NCBI GenBank assembly: GCA_963702025.1
Contig: OY969699.1
Location: 126,873-158,872, forward strand
Length of the DNA: 32,000 nucleotides
Direction: 5' to 3'
From: an uncultured bacterium
GTDB taxonomy: Bacteria; Babelota; Babeliae; Babelales; Vermiphilaceae
Below the pieces are notes generated by a model. That model had not been told where the DNA came from. It was given only the letters and a program-made list of their open reading frames with translations, and ran no database searches. Below, in pieces: positions 1 through 8,365 of the stretch (its first letter is position 1; each line of letters opens with the position of its first letter). Both the position numbers and the translations under genes were made by a program.

Positions 1-204
1 CCGGTTATTCTGATGGCACTTGAGCGCGATAATGCCGTAAAAGCATGGCGCGATCTCATGGGCGCCACCGATCCGCTGAAGGCTGAAAATGGCACCATTC
101 GTAAACTGTTTGGCACCAATATCGGCATTAATGCGGCACACGGATCCGATGCTCCTGAAACGGCAAAAACAGAGTTGTTGCTCTTTTTTCCTGATTTGAA
201 ATGA
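1..204 (+). CDS. ndk: nucleoside diphosphate kinase, C-terminal part (5' end lies outside the window)
   Basis: The frame is open from base 1. The translation ...AVKAWRDLMGATDPLKAENGTIRKLFGTNIGINAAHGSDAPETAKTELLLFFP matches the conserved NDK C-terminus (MGATDP, GTIR, N..HGSD with the active-site His). Confidence 0.85.
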   Translation, partial: PVILMALERDNAVKAWRDLMGATDPLKAENGTIRKLFGTNIGINAAHGSDAPETAKTELLLFFPDLK

Positions 205-284
205 AGCGCACAATTGCTTTAAATCCGTATCGCGCTGAAATTCTTCGAAGCTTTAGCGAAGTAGAATAACAAACAATAATAAGA

Positions 285-318
285 GGGAACGGATAAAACC
301 GTTCCCTTCTTTTTTTTC
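285..318 (+). terminator. rho-independent terminator after the first ndk
   Basis: Stem GGGAACGG (285-292), loop ATAAAA, stem CCGTTCCC (299-306), followed by TTCTTTTTTTTT. Confidence 0.7.
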
Positions 319-330
319 ATAGGTATTACC

Positions 331-855
331 ATGAAACATTTCTCTATTTTTGGCCTTACTGTTCTTGCACTGACCATTTTTGGATTTTATTATCTTTCGC
401 GCAAATCAACATGCTGTGGCGGTTGTGTTGCTCATGATCACAATCACGTTGAGCGCACTCTTGCAATAATCAAACCCGATGCAGATGCAGCTGGTAATGC
501 GGCAAATATTAAAACTGCCATCGAAAATAGTGGCTTTAAGATTGTTGCGCAAAAAGAAATTACCATCGATAAAGAAACGGCAGAAAAGTTTTATGCAACC
601 CATAAAGATAAGCCTTTCTTTAATGATTTAATCTCATATATCACTTCCGGTCCATCTATCGTTATGATCCTCGAAAAGGAAAATGCAGTTTCTGCATGGC
701 GCAATCGTATGGGAGCCACTGATCCTGAAAAAGCGGATGTTGGCACTATTCGCCAATTATATGGCACCGATATTCAACGCAATGCGGTTCACGGTTCTGA
801 TTCAATAGAAAGTGCACAAAAAGAAATTCAGATATTTTTTCCTGACTTCAAATAA
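331..855 (+). CDS. ndk: nucleoside diphosphate kinase paralog with an N-terminal hydrophobic anchor/signal and a Cys/His-rich linker
   Basis: Residues ~42-174 form a full NDK domain (ERTLAIIKPD..., FYATHKDKPFF, MGATDP, GTIRQLYG, NAVHGSD). It is preceded by MKHFSIFGLTVLALTIFGFYYL (hydrophobic helix) and STCCGGCVAHDHNH. Confidence 0.85.
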   Translation: MKHFSIFGLTVLALTIFGFYYLSRKSTCCGGCVAHDHNHVERTLAIIKPDADAAGNAANIKTAIENSGFKIVAQKEITIDKETAEKFYATHKDKPFFNDLISYITSGPSIVMILEKENAVSAWRNRMGATDPEKADVGTIRQLYGTDIQRNAVHGSDSIESAQKEIQIFFPDFK

Positions 856-876
856 ATTTTAGAAAAATTACATAAA

Positions 877-912
877 TTTACCACCGGTGATTATCGGTGG
901 TAAATTATTTTT
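877..912. terminator. bidirectional terminator hairpin between convergent ndk and the ankyrin gene
   Basis: TTTACCACCG (877-886) pairs with CGGTGGTAAA (895-904) around an 8-nt loop. It has A-rich 5' and T-rich 3' flanks. Confidence 0.65.
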
Positions 913-945
913 GATAGTTATTATTCTTCAAAGGATTAAAAATTT

Positions 946-1452
946 CTATTTTTCAACAGGGGGAAACTCTTCTTTCATTTCTTCAAGAAATTGTGTTCCA
1001 CCTTCTATTTTTGACAATTCCTGAAGGGCTTGTTCCCGCAGTGAACGATATTTAAAAGATGTTCTTTCTTTAATCAATTGCGCAATTAAAGGATGGCTAC
1101 GAGCGATTGCTATATCAGATGCCGTTAATCCATAAGGATTTTTTAAATCAACCCGTGCCCCAGCTTTCAAAAGAAGTTCAGCAATTGGCAGATTTCCATA
1201 AAATGCTGCCCACATAAGAGGAGTTAAAGCATAGTATAAATTTCCTGCCGCATCTTTCGATCCAAAAGGTTCAGAAAAATTTACATCGAGTTGACCTTCA
1301 AGTAGAATTTTTTCAACCTCTCCCAAATCATTTTTTCTAACAGCGGCACCAAGAGCGCTTTGTCTAGTGTTTATATTATTTTGGGGTAATTCCATTGCAT
1401 CAATAAATGAAAAGCTTATCAACATTGTTGCGAAAATCATTTTCTTATTCAT
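946..1452 (-). CDS. secreted ankyrin-repeat protein
   Basis: ANK consensus is present (TPLMWAAFYGNLPIAELLLKAGARVDLKNPYGLTASDIAIARSH). I chose the ATG at 1452 (MNKKMIFATMLISFSFIDA..., signal-peptide-like) because AAAGGAG lies 7 nt upstream. The track start at 1488 has no RBS. Confidence 0.8.
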   Translation of the reverse strand: MNKKMIFATMLISFSFIDAMELPQNNINTRQSALGAAVRKNDLGEVEKILLEGQLDVNFSEPFGSKDAAGNLYYALTPLMWAAFYGNLPIAELLLKAGARVDLKNPYGLTASDIAIARSHPLIAQLIKERTSFKYRSLREQALQELSKIEGGTQFLEEMKEEFPPVEK

Positions 1453-1734
1453 AAATACTCCTTTTAATGAAATAGTAGTATAAGCCAACTATTTGACTTA
1501 TTTCTAATTGTAATTATACCAATAGATTAGAATAGTAGTCAATGGTTTAAACAAACAATCTATATATTCAGAATAGATTAAAAGGTGCTCTTTAGATCTT
1601 GTATCGCATAACAAAATTTTCTAAAGGCCTAAAGAACAACTTCTATCACCTTTACTTTTTTCTTTACTTCAAAATACAATTTGTGCTACTTTAAAATCAA
1701 ATATTAAATTCGCACAAATAAGCAGGTAAACAAT

Positions 1735-2946
1735 ATGATTTACAAGCGGGATCTAACCAAAAAGCTAAAAAACATGGCCAAATTTCCCGTGGTTGCCCTT
1801 TTGGGGCCCCGTCAATCGGGGAAGACCACGCTTGCAAGGAACCATTTTAAAAAATATGCCTATTTTTCTTTTGAAAATCCGATGACTCGGGAATTTGCCT
1901 TTTCTGATCCCGCACGTTTTTTAAGAGAAAGCGAAAATAAGCACGGCATAATTCTTGATGAATTCCAGCATGTTCCTCAAATTCTCTCCTATATCCAAAT
2001 CATTGTTGATGAAAAAAAACGTCCGGGCTACTTTGTTCTTACCGGTTCTCAAAATTACTTAATGAATCAATCAATAACGCAATCACTTGCCGGCAGAGTT
2101 GGCATCCTCACCTTGCTTCCCCTTTCACTTCATGAACTTCGCGAAAATAAACTCTGGGACGATAATATTGATTCATTGATGATAAAGGGCTTTTACCCAC
2201 GTATCTATGCTGAAAAAATCGAGCCAGTTGATTTGTATCCCGCTTATATTCAAACCTACATAGAAAGAGACGTACGCCAATTAAGTAATATTGGCGATCT
2301 GCATACATTTCAAAAATTTATGGCTCTTTGTGCTGGCCGAATAGCCCAACAATTAAACCTTTCTGATATTGCGGCAAATTGTAGCATTAGTGTTCCAACT
2401 GCAACTAAATGGCTCTCTATCTTAGAGGCGGGCTATATTGTTTATCTCTTACCTCCTTATTTTAACAATTTCAGCAAACGTCTCACAAAAACACCAAAGC
2501 TCTATTTTTATGATACCGGTCTCGCTTGTAGTCTTTTAGGAATCACATCACCCACCATTATTGCGGCGAGCCCTTTCCGTGGTAGTCTTTTTGAAAATTT
2601 AGTTATCAGCGACCTATGCAAACAATATTTTAACCAAGGTAAACGCCCTCCGCTCTACTTCTGGCGAGATCAAAACGGGAGAATAGAAATTGATTGCATT
2701 ATAGATCAAGGAATCCAAACGATTCCGGTAGAAATTAAATCCTCTGAGACTACTACTTCTTCATTCCTTGATAATTTAGAACAATGGAATGAGTTATCAA
2801 AGAGCAATCCCGATAATAATTATCTTATTTATGCCGGGCAGCGCTCTCAAAAAAGAAGCCGCGGAAACATAATCAGTTGGAATGACATGCCTGAAATAGT
2901 AGATAACTTATCAAAAAAACTAGAAAAATCATTAAAGAAAAAGTAA
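1735..2946 (+). CDS. AAA+ ATPase, DUF4143/COG1373-type ATP-binding protein
   Basis: Walker A GPRQSGKTT and Walker B-like IILDEFQ. The length and C-terminal half are typical of the AAA_14 + DUF4143 family. Confidence 0.8.
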   Translation: MIYKRDLTKKLKNMAKFPVVALLGPRQSGKTTLARNHFKKYAYFSFENPMTREFAFSDPARFLRESENKHGIILDEFQHVPQILSYIQIIVDEKKRPGYFVLTGSQNYLMNQSITQSLAGRVGILTLLPLSLHELRENKLWDDNIDSLMIKGFYPRIYAEKIEPVDLYPAYIQTYIERDVRQLSNIGDLHTFQKFMALCAGRIAQQLNLSDIAANCSISVPTATKWLSILEAGYIVYLLPPYFNNFSKRLTKTPKLYFYDTGLACSLLGITSPTIIAASPFRGSLFENLVISDLCKQYFNQGKRPPLYFWRDQNGRIEIDCIIDQGIQTIPVEIKSSETTTSSFLDNLEQWNELSKSNPDNNYLIYAGQRSQKRSRGNIISWNDMPEIVDNLSKKLEKSLKKK

Positions 2947-2989
2947 AAGCTCATAAAAAAATAAGCACGTATAATTTTTAGGAGAACAT

Positions 2990-3673
2990 ATGAAAAAATT
3001 TATTGTAATAGCATTGGCATTATTAATAGCATTCGGTGCGTATCATCTTTATAAAGGCACCAGCACAGAAAAAATTTATTCAGTACCCGAAGCTGTTACC
3101 ATCCTCAATGACGTTTATAAAGACACGAGTGGATTTTTAATCGGGACAGATGAGCGCCTGATGATTGAAAATAAGGGTGGCAATGCAACGTATGGCGAAA
3201 TCTTACCACAATCAGTTGCGGTAATGCTCGCTGATCATCCGTTAACTAAAAAAGACGTTTTTTACGATTTGGGTTCAGGCACCGGCAAAGTGTGTGTGCA
3301 AGTGGCACTAACAACCCCCGCGCGCGCTGTTGGCGTTGAACTTTCATCATCGCGTCACAAAATAGCCCAAGCGGCACGACAAGAATTGCTTGATAAGAAA
3401 ATTATGAGTGATCCGCGCAAATTAACATTCATTGAAGATGATATTCTTGCTGTTGATCTGAGTGATGCAACCATTATCTTTTTATGTTCAACCTGTTTTT
3501 CTGAAGAATTGATGCAAAAATTAGTAGAAAAGATTGCTGCTATTAAACACCCGGCGAGAGTTTTCACTTTAAAAAAATTACCTCCTCAGGATCTTTTTAA
3601 AGAAGGCAAAACATATCATTTGCCAATGACCTGGTCGGATAATACTGCCGTTCACAGTTATGAATTACTCTGA
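2990..3673 (+). CDS. SAM-dependent methyltransferase, DOT1-like, with N-terminal signal/anchor helix
   Basis: RBS AGGAG lies 6 nt upstream. The hydrophobic N-terminus is MKKFIVIALALLIAFGAY. The motifs YGEILP, FYDLGSGTGKVCVQVAL, GVELS and IIFLCSTCFSEELMQKLVEKI occur in the same order as the DOT1 methyltransferase domain (yeast Dot1: YGELLP, FMDLGSGVGNCVVQAAL, GCEI, ILVNNFLFDEDLNKKVEKI). Confidence 0.65.
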   Translation: MKKFIVIALALLIAFGAYHLYKGTSTEKIYSVPEAVTILNDVYKDTSGFLIGTDERLMIENKGGNATYGEILPQSVAVMLADHPLTKKDVFYDLGSGTGKVCVQVALTTPARAVGVELSSSRHKIAQAARQELLDKKIMSDPRKLTFIEDDILAVDLSDATIIFLCSTCFSEELMQKLVEKIAAIKHPARVFTLKKLPPQDLFKEGKTYHLPMTWSDNTAVHSYELL

Positions 3674-4125
3674 AATTTTTCTTCTAAAATCTGTGCGTGA
3701 GCCCTGATAAATTCTTGTTTGCTGATAACCGTTTGGCACAGCATCCAACCACTGCTTGTCGCATAAAAATGTGGTGCGTTACATTTTGTATTGGCATCGA
3801 TTATCACAACGGATTTATTCGATGGGTTATAATGCGCGTAAACAGCAAGAATAATTTCTTTTAAGTTTTGCACAGATGCACTATTTTTTTGTTCGGCCCC
3901 GCCACATAGTTCCGCGCCACCATCAATAGTTGTTTCAATTACTGCCATATCGCCTTCTGATTTGCAGTCAAAGCTCACTGAGCTTGCTTCACTAGAATGG
4001 TGGATCCCATATCTGTTTTGCCAATATGCACGGAGAATCTCATGCGAAATATAAGGAAGAGCAACTGAACATTGGACGGTGAAAAGCAAAAGAAAAGCAA
4101 CAAAAAAATGTTTATTGGTAACCAT
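3658..4125 (-). CDS. secreted hypothetical protein (paralog of 4112-4729)
   Basis: ATG with AAGGA RBS. Signal peptide MVTNKHFFVAFLLLFTVQCSVA. It shares motifs with the upstream gene (ETT..G; VIID...GWMLCQT vs VIDD...GWLMCET). Confidence 0.6.
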   Translation of the reverse strand: MVTNKHFFVAFLLLFTVQCSVALPYISHEILRAYWQNRYGIHHSSEASSVSFDCKSEGDMAVIETTIDGGAELCGGAEQKNSASVQNLKEIILAVYAHYNPSNKSVVIIDANTKCNAPHFYATSSGWMLCQTVISKQEFIRAHAQILEEKFQSNS

Positions 4126-4729
4126 TTTTTTCCTTTTTAATTTTTTCTACAAGCTCATTGAACACTGCCTTTGGCATGCGTGTTTCACACATGAGCCAGC
4201 CCCGATTTGTATCATATAAGACGCGAGGAAATGCCACGGTGTAATCATCAATCACAAGGGCCACACTTTTATGATCATATTGTGGCAGTTGATTTGTTAG
4301 TTCTCTAAAACGGTTTCCAGCTGTGGTTAAAAAAGTATCAACAGCATGAACTATTTTGCCGCTTATTAATTTTTTTTCATTTGCGAGCATTACTGCTTTA
4401 GTATTATCAAAAGTATCTTTTTGTCCCCATACGGTAGTTTCAAGAACAACATAATCATGAGTATTTTCTTTTATTTCGCAATCTACATTTGGCAGTGCGA
4501 TAAAGGTTGCAAGGCTTGTTGAATGGGGCGGCTGACCATACTTTTCCAGATATGCTTCAAGGTAGCGGGTCATGATCTTCATGCTGAGCTTATCATTTTT
4601 TTCCGGCAGAGCTATTTCTATTCTGCCCGCTTGGCGATCTAGCCGCGCAAACATTATCGTTGCAGAGTAACACGATGCAAAGATAAATACAGCAGACACG
4701 AGAAAAGTTCCGATAAAATACCGATTCAT
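4112..4729 (-). CDS. secreted/lipoprotein-like hypothetical protein (paralog of 3658-4125)
   Basis: I chose the ATG at 4729 (MNRYFIGTFLVSAVFIFASCYS, GAGG 5 nt upstream) instead of the TTG at 4771. It is co-directional with nusB-efp and overlaps the next gene by 14 nt. Confidence 0.6.
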   Translation of the reverse strand: MNRYFIGTFLVSAVFIFASCYSATIMFARLDRQAGRIEIALPEKNDKLSMKIMTRYLEAYLEKYGQPPHSTSLATFIALPNVDCEIKENTHDYVVLETTVWGQKDTFDNTKAVMLANEKKLISGKIVHAVDTFLTTAGNRFRELTNQLPQYDHKSVALVIDDYTVAFPRVLYDTNRGWLMCETRMPKAVFNELVEKIKKEKNGYQ

Positions 4730-4767
4730 TAAAGCCTCACAAGTAAAAAGAAATTTTTTAGAATAAC

Positions 4768-5289
4768 TCAACTAGCTTCTTCAGCGGGAACCTGGGCTGT
4801 TTCCATTTCAGCTTCGCGTCCCATTTTTTTGACTGCTTCATCAAGAATGCCATTCACAAATTTATAGGCATCACGCTCTGCAAAACATTTGGCAAGTTCT
4901 ATCGCTTCATTTAAGACAATATTTGCCGATGTTTTAGTGTTATATAATTCCCACAATGCCAAGCGCAAAATCAATTTGGTGCAGACGCCAATGCGATCGA
5001 AGCGCCAGTTATGCAATAATGGTTTAATTGCGTCATCAAGCATTTGACGATTTTCAATCACACTCTGCGCAACCTTAAACACTTCACTATCAAATGGTAT
5101 TGCGATATTAAATCCGCGATTAAAATTATCAACAACGCCCTGCAGCGATACATCGTAGTCAAAGGCATCCATCGCATACAATAAATGAAAGATTAACGAA
5201 CGTACTTCTCGTCGTGACAAATCATTATAAGAAAAGGTTTGATCAAGGATATTCGGTTCATCCTGACGCACATCAACACAACCATTCAT
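4768..5289 (-). CDS. nusB: transcription antitermination factor NusB
   Basis: NusB-like sequence (RREVRSLIFHLLYAMD..., RFDRIGVCTKLILRLALWEL, AIELAKCF...KFVNGILD). Confidence 0.85.
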   Translation of the reverse strand: MNGCVDVRQDEPNILDQTFSYNDLSRREVRSLIFHLLYAMDAFDYDVSLQGVVDNFNRGFNIAIPFDSEVFKVAQSVIENRQMLDDAIKPLLHNWRFDRIGVCTKLILRLALWELYNTKTSANIVLNEAIELAKCFAERDAYKFVNGILDEAVKKMGREAEMETAQVPAEEAS

Positions 5290-5309
5290 AGCGACCCCAT
5301 TCGGTAAAT

Positions 5310-5879
5310 TTATTTTTTAACTCGTTCTAAATATGCTGAGGTGCGTGAATCAATTTTTAATACGTCACCCTCATTAATAAAAAGAGGAACTTGAATCACA
5401 AGACCTGTTTCTAGCGTTGCAGGCTTACTTCCTGCCCCCTGTGCTGTATCGCCACGAACACCCGGAGGGGTTTCTTTAACTTCTAGTTCCATAAATAGAG
5501 GAGGGGTAACCGCGATTGGCTTATCGGAGAAATATAAGACTGTATAAACAATCTGTTCTTTAAGAAAATCGAGCACTTCTTCAACCTGACTTTCAGTTAG
5601 GATAACCTGCTCATAAGACTCTTGATCCATGAAGTTATAATCGTTGCCTTCTTTGTATAAATACTGCATTTGGCGGTATTCAAGATTAGGATCGGGGAAC
5701 TTTTCACCTGAGCGGAAGAGCTCCTCATGAACAAGACCGGTTAAAAGGTTTTTCATCTTCGTGCGAACGAAAGCGCCACCTTTTCCCGGCTTTACGTGAT
5801 GATATTCAATAACCATATATGGAGCGTCACGAAATAATATTTTAGCGCCCTTGCGAAAATCAGAAGTAGAAATCACCAT
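5310..5879 (-). CDS. efp: translation elongation factor P
   Basis: MVISTSDFRKGAKILFRDAPYMVIEYHHVKPGKGGAFVRTKMKNLLTG is a canonical EF-P N-terminus including the KPGKG loop. Length 189 aa. Confidence 0.95.
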   Translation of the reverse strand: MVISTSDFRKGAKILFRDAPYMVIEYHHVKPGKGGAFVRTKMKNLLTGLVHEELFRSGEKFPDPNLEYRQMQYLYKEGNDYNFMDQESYEQVILTESQVEEVLDFLKEQIVYTVLYFSDKPIAVTPPLFMELEVKETPPGVRGDTAQGAGSKPATLETGLVIQVPLFINEGDVLKIDSRTSAYLERVKK

Positions 5880-5920
5880 TAATCCTTACTATAAAAGAAC
5901 AATTTTTTATGGTAATTATC

Positions 5921-5948
5921 AGTATAGAAAGCCAAATAAAAATTGCAA
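5921..5948 (-). promoter_or_regulatory. candidate sigma70 promoter of efp-nusB
   Basis: The minus strand reads TTGCAA-16 nt-TATACT. The -10 element lies ~40 nt upstream of the efp ATG. Confidence 0.4.
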
Positions 5949-6060
5949 TTAATTCTTACGCCCGATCCAAGTGGCCAATTCGTTATTTTATTGACAAAGT
6001 GAAATAAAAAGAGATAGAAGGGATTTGCAAGATGCTATAGACTAAGAGATTATCAGAAAA

Positions 6061-6183
6061 TTTAGCTACCAAAAAAATGACTCTCCCGCTCGCCCTGAGC
6101 TTGTCGAAGGGAGCGAGCTTACCTGATGCCGCTCGAATGGTTCGACAAGCTCACCACGAGCGGTTTTTTTAGTTTTTGGCTAA
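6061..6183. repeat. MITE-like palindromic repeat, copy A
   Basis: Inner imperfect inverted repeat CCGCTCGCCCTGAGCTTGTCGAAGGGAGCGAGC (from 6086) against GCTCGAATGGTTCGACAAGCTCACCACGAGCGG (to 6163). Outer inverted repeat TTTAGCTACCAAAAA / TTTTTGGCTAAA. It shares the core TTCGACAAGCTCA..GAGCGG with 14262-14490 and CACCACGAGCGG with 13252-13496. Confidence 0.7.
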
Positions 6184-6221
6184 ACTCTAAAGTAAAAAAA
6201 CCTTAAAAGTGAGAAGATCCT

Positions 6222-7457
6222 ATGCCAACCCTTAATGTAATTGACCCGGAACTCTATAGCATTATTCACCAAGAAGAGTTGCGTCAAAAAAATCAGATAA
6301 GCTTAATTGCTTCAGAAAACTATGCGTCTCAAGCAGTTCTTGATGCATCTGGATCAGTGCTTACCAATAAATATGCCGAAGGATATCCGGGTAAACGATA
6401 TTATGCAGGCTGCGCCTTGGTTGATCAAGCAGAACTGGTTGCCATCCATCGCTGCAAACAACTGTTTGGCGCAGAGCACGTTAATGTGCAACCCCATGCC
6501 GGGTCTCAAGCAAATATGGCAGTCTACTTTTCCATACTAAAACCGGGTGACACTATTTTAGGCATGAGTTTGGCAGAAGGAGGACATCTCACGCATGGCC
6601 ATTCGGTTAACTTTTCAGGATCTTTATATAAAGCAGTTTCCTACGGGGTCAACAAAGATACTGAACTGCTCGATTATGATCAGCTGGCAAAACTTGCCCA
6701 AGAATATAAACCAAAACTCATTATTGCCGGCGCTTCAGCTTATTCTCGAATTATCGATTTTACGCGAATCGCGCGCATTGCTCAAGAAAACAATTCTTAC
6801 TTTATGGCCGACATTGCCCACATTGCCGGGCTCATTGCGGCTGAGTTGCACCCCAGCCCAATTGCAGAAGCCGATTTTGTTACGAGCACAACGCATAAAA
6901 CATTGCGTGGGCCACGAGGTGGCCTTATCATGTGCAAATCCAAGCACGCGGCATCCATTGATAGAGCAATAATGCCCGGCATGCAAGGCGGACCATTTAT
7001 GAATATGATTGCCGCCAAAGCCGTTGCATTTCAAGAGGCGCTCCAACCAAATTTTATTTCCTACCAAAAACAGACAATTAAAAATGCGCAAGATATGGCC
7101 AATGCCTTGCAAGACCTAGGATATCGTATTGTTACCGGCGGCACTGATAACCATTTATTTATTGTTGATTTACAGTCAAAAAAAATCACCGGCAAAGCAG
7201 CTGAGGCAGCGCTGGAAAAAGCGGGGATAATCGTAAGCCGTAGTTGCATTCCCAACGATCCTCAAAAACCGGGAATCACGAGCGGCTTTCGCATCGGGAC
7301 ACCGGCCTTAACCACCCGTGGCGTGGCGAATAAAGAAGATATCCAATCTGTGGCTCAACTGATTAATGATGTAATAAAAAATCATGACAATGATATGCTC
7401 CTCAAATCAATTGAAGAACAGGTGAGCATTTTTTGCAGCAAATATCCGATTTATTAA
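6222..7457 (+). CDS. glyA: serine hydroxymethyltransferase
   Basis: ISLIASENYAS, TNKYAEGYPGKRYY, the PLP-lysine region TSTTHKTLRGPRGG, and 411 aa length. Confidence 0.95.
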   Translation: MPTLNVIDPELYSIIHQEELRQKNQISLIASENYASQAVLDASGSVLTNKYAEGYPGKRYYAGCALVDQAELVAIHRCKQLFGAEHVNVQPHAGSQANMAVYFSILKPGDTILGMSLAEGGHLTHGHSVNFSGSLYKAVSYGVNKDTELLDYDQLAKLAQEYKPKLIIAGASAYSRIIDFTRIARIAQENNSYFMADIAHIAGLIAAELHPSPIAEADFVTSTTHKTLRGPRGGLIMCKSKHAASIDRAIMPGMQGGPFMNMIAAKAVAFQEALQPNFISYQKQTIKNAQDMANALQDLGYRIVTGGTDNHLFIVDLQSKKITGKAAEAALEKAGIIVSRSCIPNDPQKPGITSGFRIGTPALTTRGVANKEDIQSVAQLINDVIKNHDNDMLLKSIEEQVSIFCSKYPIY

Positions 7458-8230
7458 AACACGTAGCGGATCGCAGCCGTGATAGGAAATCGTATTTCGG
7501 TGCCGATTTTGCCAATCGTAAGCGAAGTAAAGGTAGAGATAGGGACGCTTAATGCAATGTTATCACCAACTTTGGCACTTTGCGAGACAACAACCTCTGC
7601 GGTTACAACAAAGAACCAGTTTCTCCAAATATGTATATCAAGCCCACCGTTAATACCGCCGGCAATTGACGTATTCCGTTTAAAAAAATCGATATTATCA
7701 ACAGTGGTTACCGTTGAACCAACAACTATCGCCGCTTCCAAATGGGTGCCACTATGATGCGTTAACCCTATTTTTGCGCCAAAAAACGGGTGGGCCCAAT
7801 TGCAAAAGCAATAATCCCAATAATACCTGCCGCCAATATAGGCATCAAATAATCGATAGTTATGCGATGCAATCATGGCAGGCAAACGCGGTACCGATGC
7901 GGTTACAATTGCTTCTTGGTCCTTACCACGGGCCTGAACATAATTAATTTCGCCATAAAAACGAATAGTGTCCGACCAAGCATATCCCACTTGACCGCCC
8001 ACGGTCCAAGCAGTATGAAATAAGGTACTAAAATGGGGCGATTCGAATAATGCGAGCGCAGATGTTACCGCCGGAAAGGTGAATGGCGCAAGATTCTCTT
8101 CATAACCGTGGCGCCACACTATCGGCACCACACCGGCTTGGAATTGAACATCCAAGTGTCCGCAATCAAGCGGCCGGCCCAAAACAATTCCGGATATTAG
8201 TAACAACAAAGAATATTTTATGATTTTCAT
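7454..8230 (-). CDS. beta-barrel outer-membrane protein, family member lacking the Cys-rich N-terminal cluster
   Basis: ATG at 8230 with AAGGAGAGG RBS. Signal peptide MKIIKYSLLLLISGIVLG. Family motifs W.VGGQVGYAWSD, RLFDAYIGGRYYWD and FFGAKIGLTHH, with C-terminal ...IRFPITAAIRYVF (terminal Phe). Its stop overlaps the glyA stop (TTAA). Confidence 0.8.
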   Translation of the reverse strand: MKIIKYSLLLLISGIVLGRPLDCGHLDVQFQAGVVPIVWRHGYEENLAPFTFPAVTSALALFESPHFSTLFHTAWTVGGQVGYAWSDTIRFYGEINYVQARGKDQEAIVTASVPRLPAMIASHNYRLFDAYIGGRYYWDYCFCNWAHPFFGAKIGLTHHSGTHLEAAIVVGSTVTTVDNIDFFKRNTSIAGGINGGLDIHIWRNWFFVVTAEVVVSQSAKVGDNIALSVPISTFTSLTIGKIGTEIRFPITAAIRYVF

Positions 8231-8267
8231 GAGCCTCTCCTTAGTAGATAACAACCTACTTGTGCTT

Positions 8268-8297
8268 AAAATACGAAAAGCAGCGCAAGAAAATCAA
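8268..8297 (-). promoter_or_regulatory. candidate promoter of OMP gene 7454-8230
   Basis: The minus strand reads TTGATT-18 nt-TATTTT. Three other OMP paralogs have the same -35 hexamer and spacing. Confidence 0.4.
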
Positions 8298-8317
8298 GAA
8301 GAGTTTTTTGCTCAAAA

Positions 8318-8346
8318 AAGAAGGCACCAAAATTGGTGCCTTCTTG
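8318..8346 (-). terminator. rho-independent terminator of OMP gene 8366-9226
   Basis: AAGAAGGCACCAA / TTGGTGCCTTCTT hairpin, followed on the minus strand by TTTTTT. Confidence 0.7.
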
Positions 8347-8365
8347 AATAGTTTTTCTAAATTGA

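Noticed and set aside
1680-1718. 7-bp inverted repeat TTTGTGC...GCACAAA upstream of the AAA+ ATPase gene.
   Set aside because: It is short and AT-rich with a 25-nt spacer. It is within chance expectation for this composition.
6307-7255. Six overlapping ORFs inside and antisense to glyA (6307-6540, 6595-6972, 6735-7112, 6797-7018, 7061-7255).
   Set aside because: These are shadow ORFs within a very well supported SHMT coding frame. They have low-complexity translations with no recognisable motifs.
7454-7457. Convergent glyA and OMP genes share overlapping stop codons (TTAA).
   Set aside because: It is real, but it is a trivial consequence of tight packing. No terminator or regulatory structure is evident.
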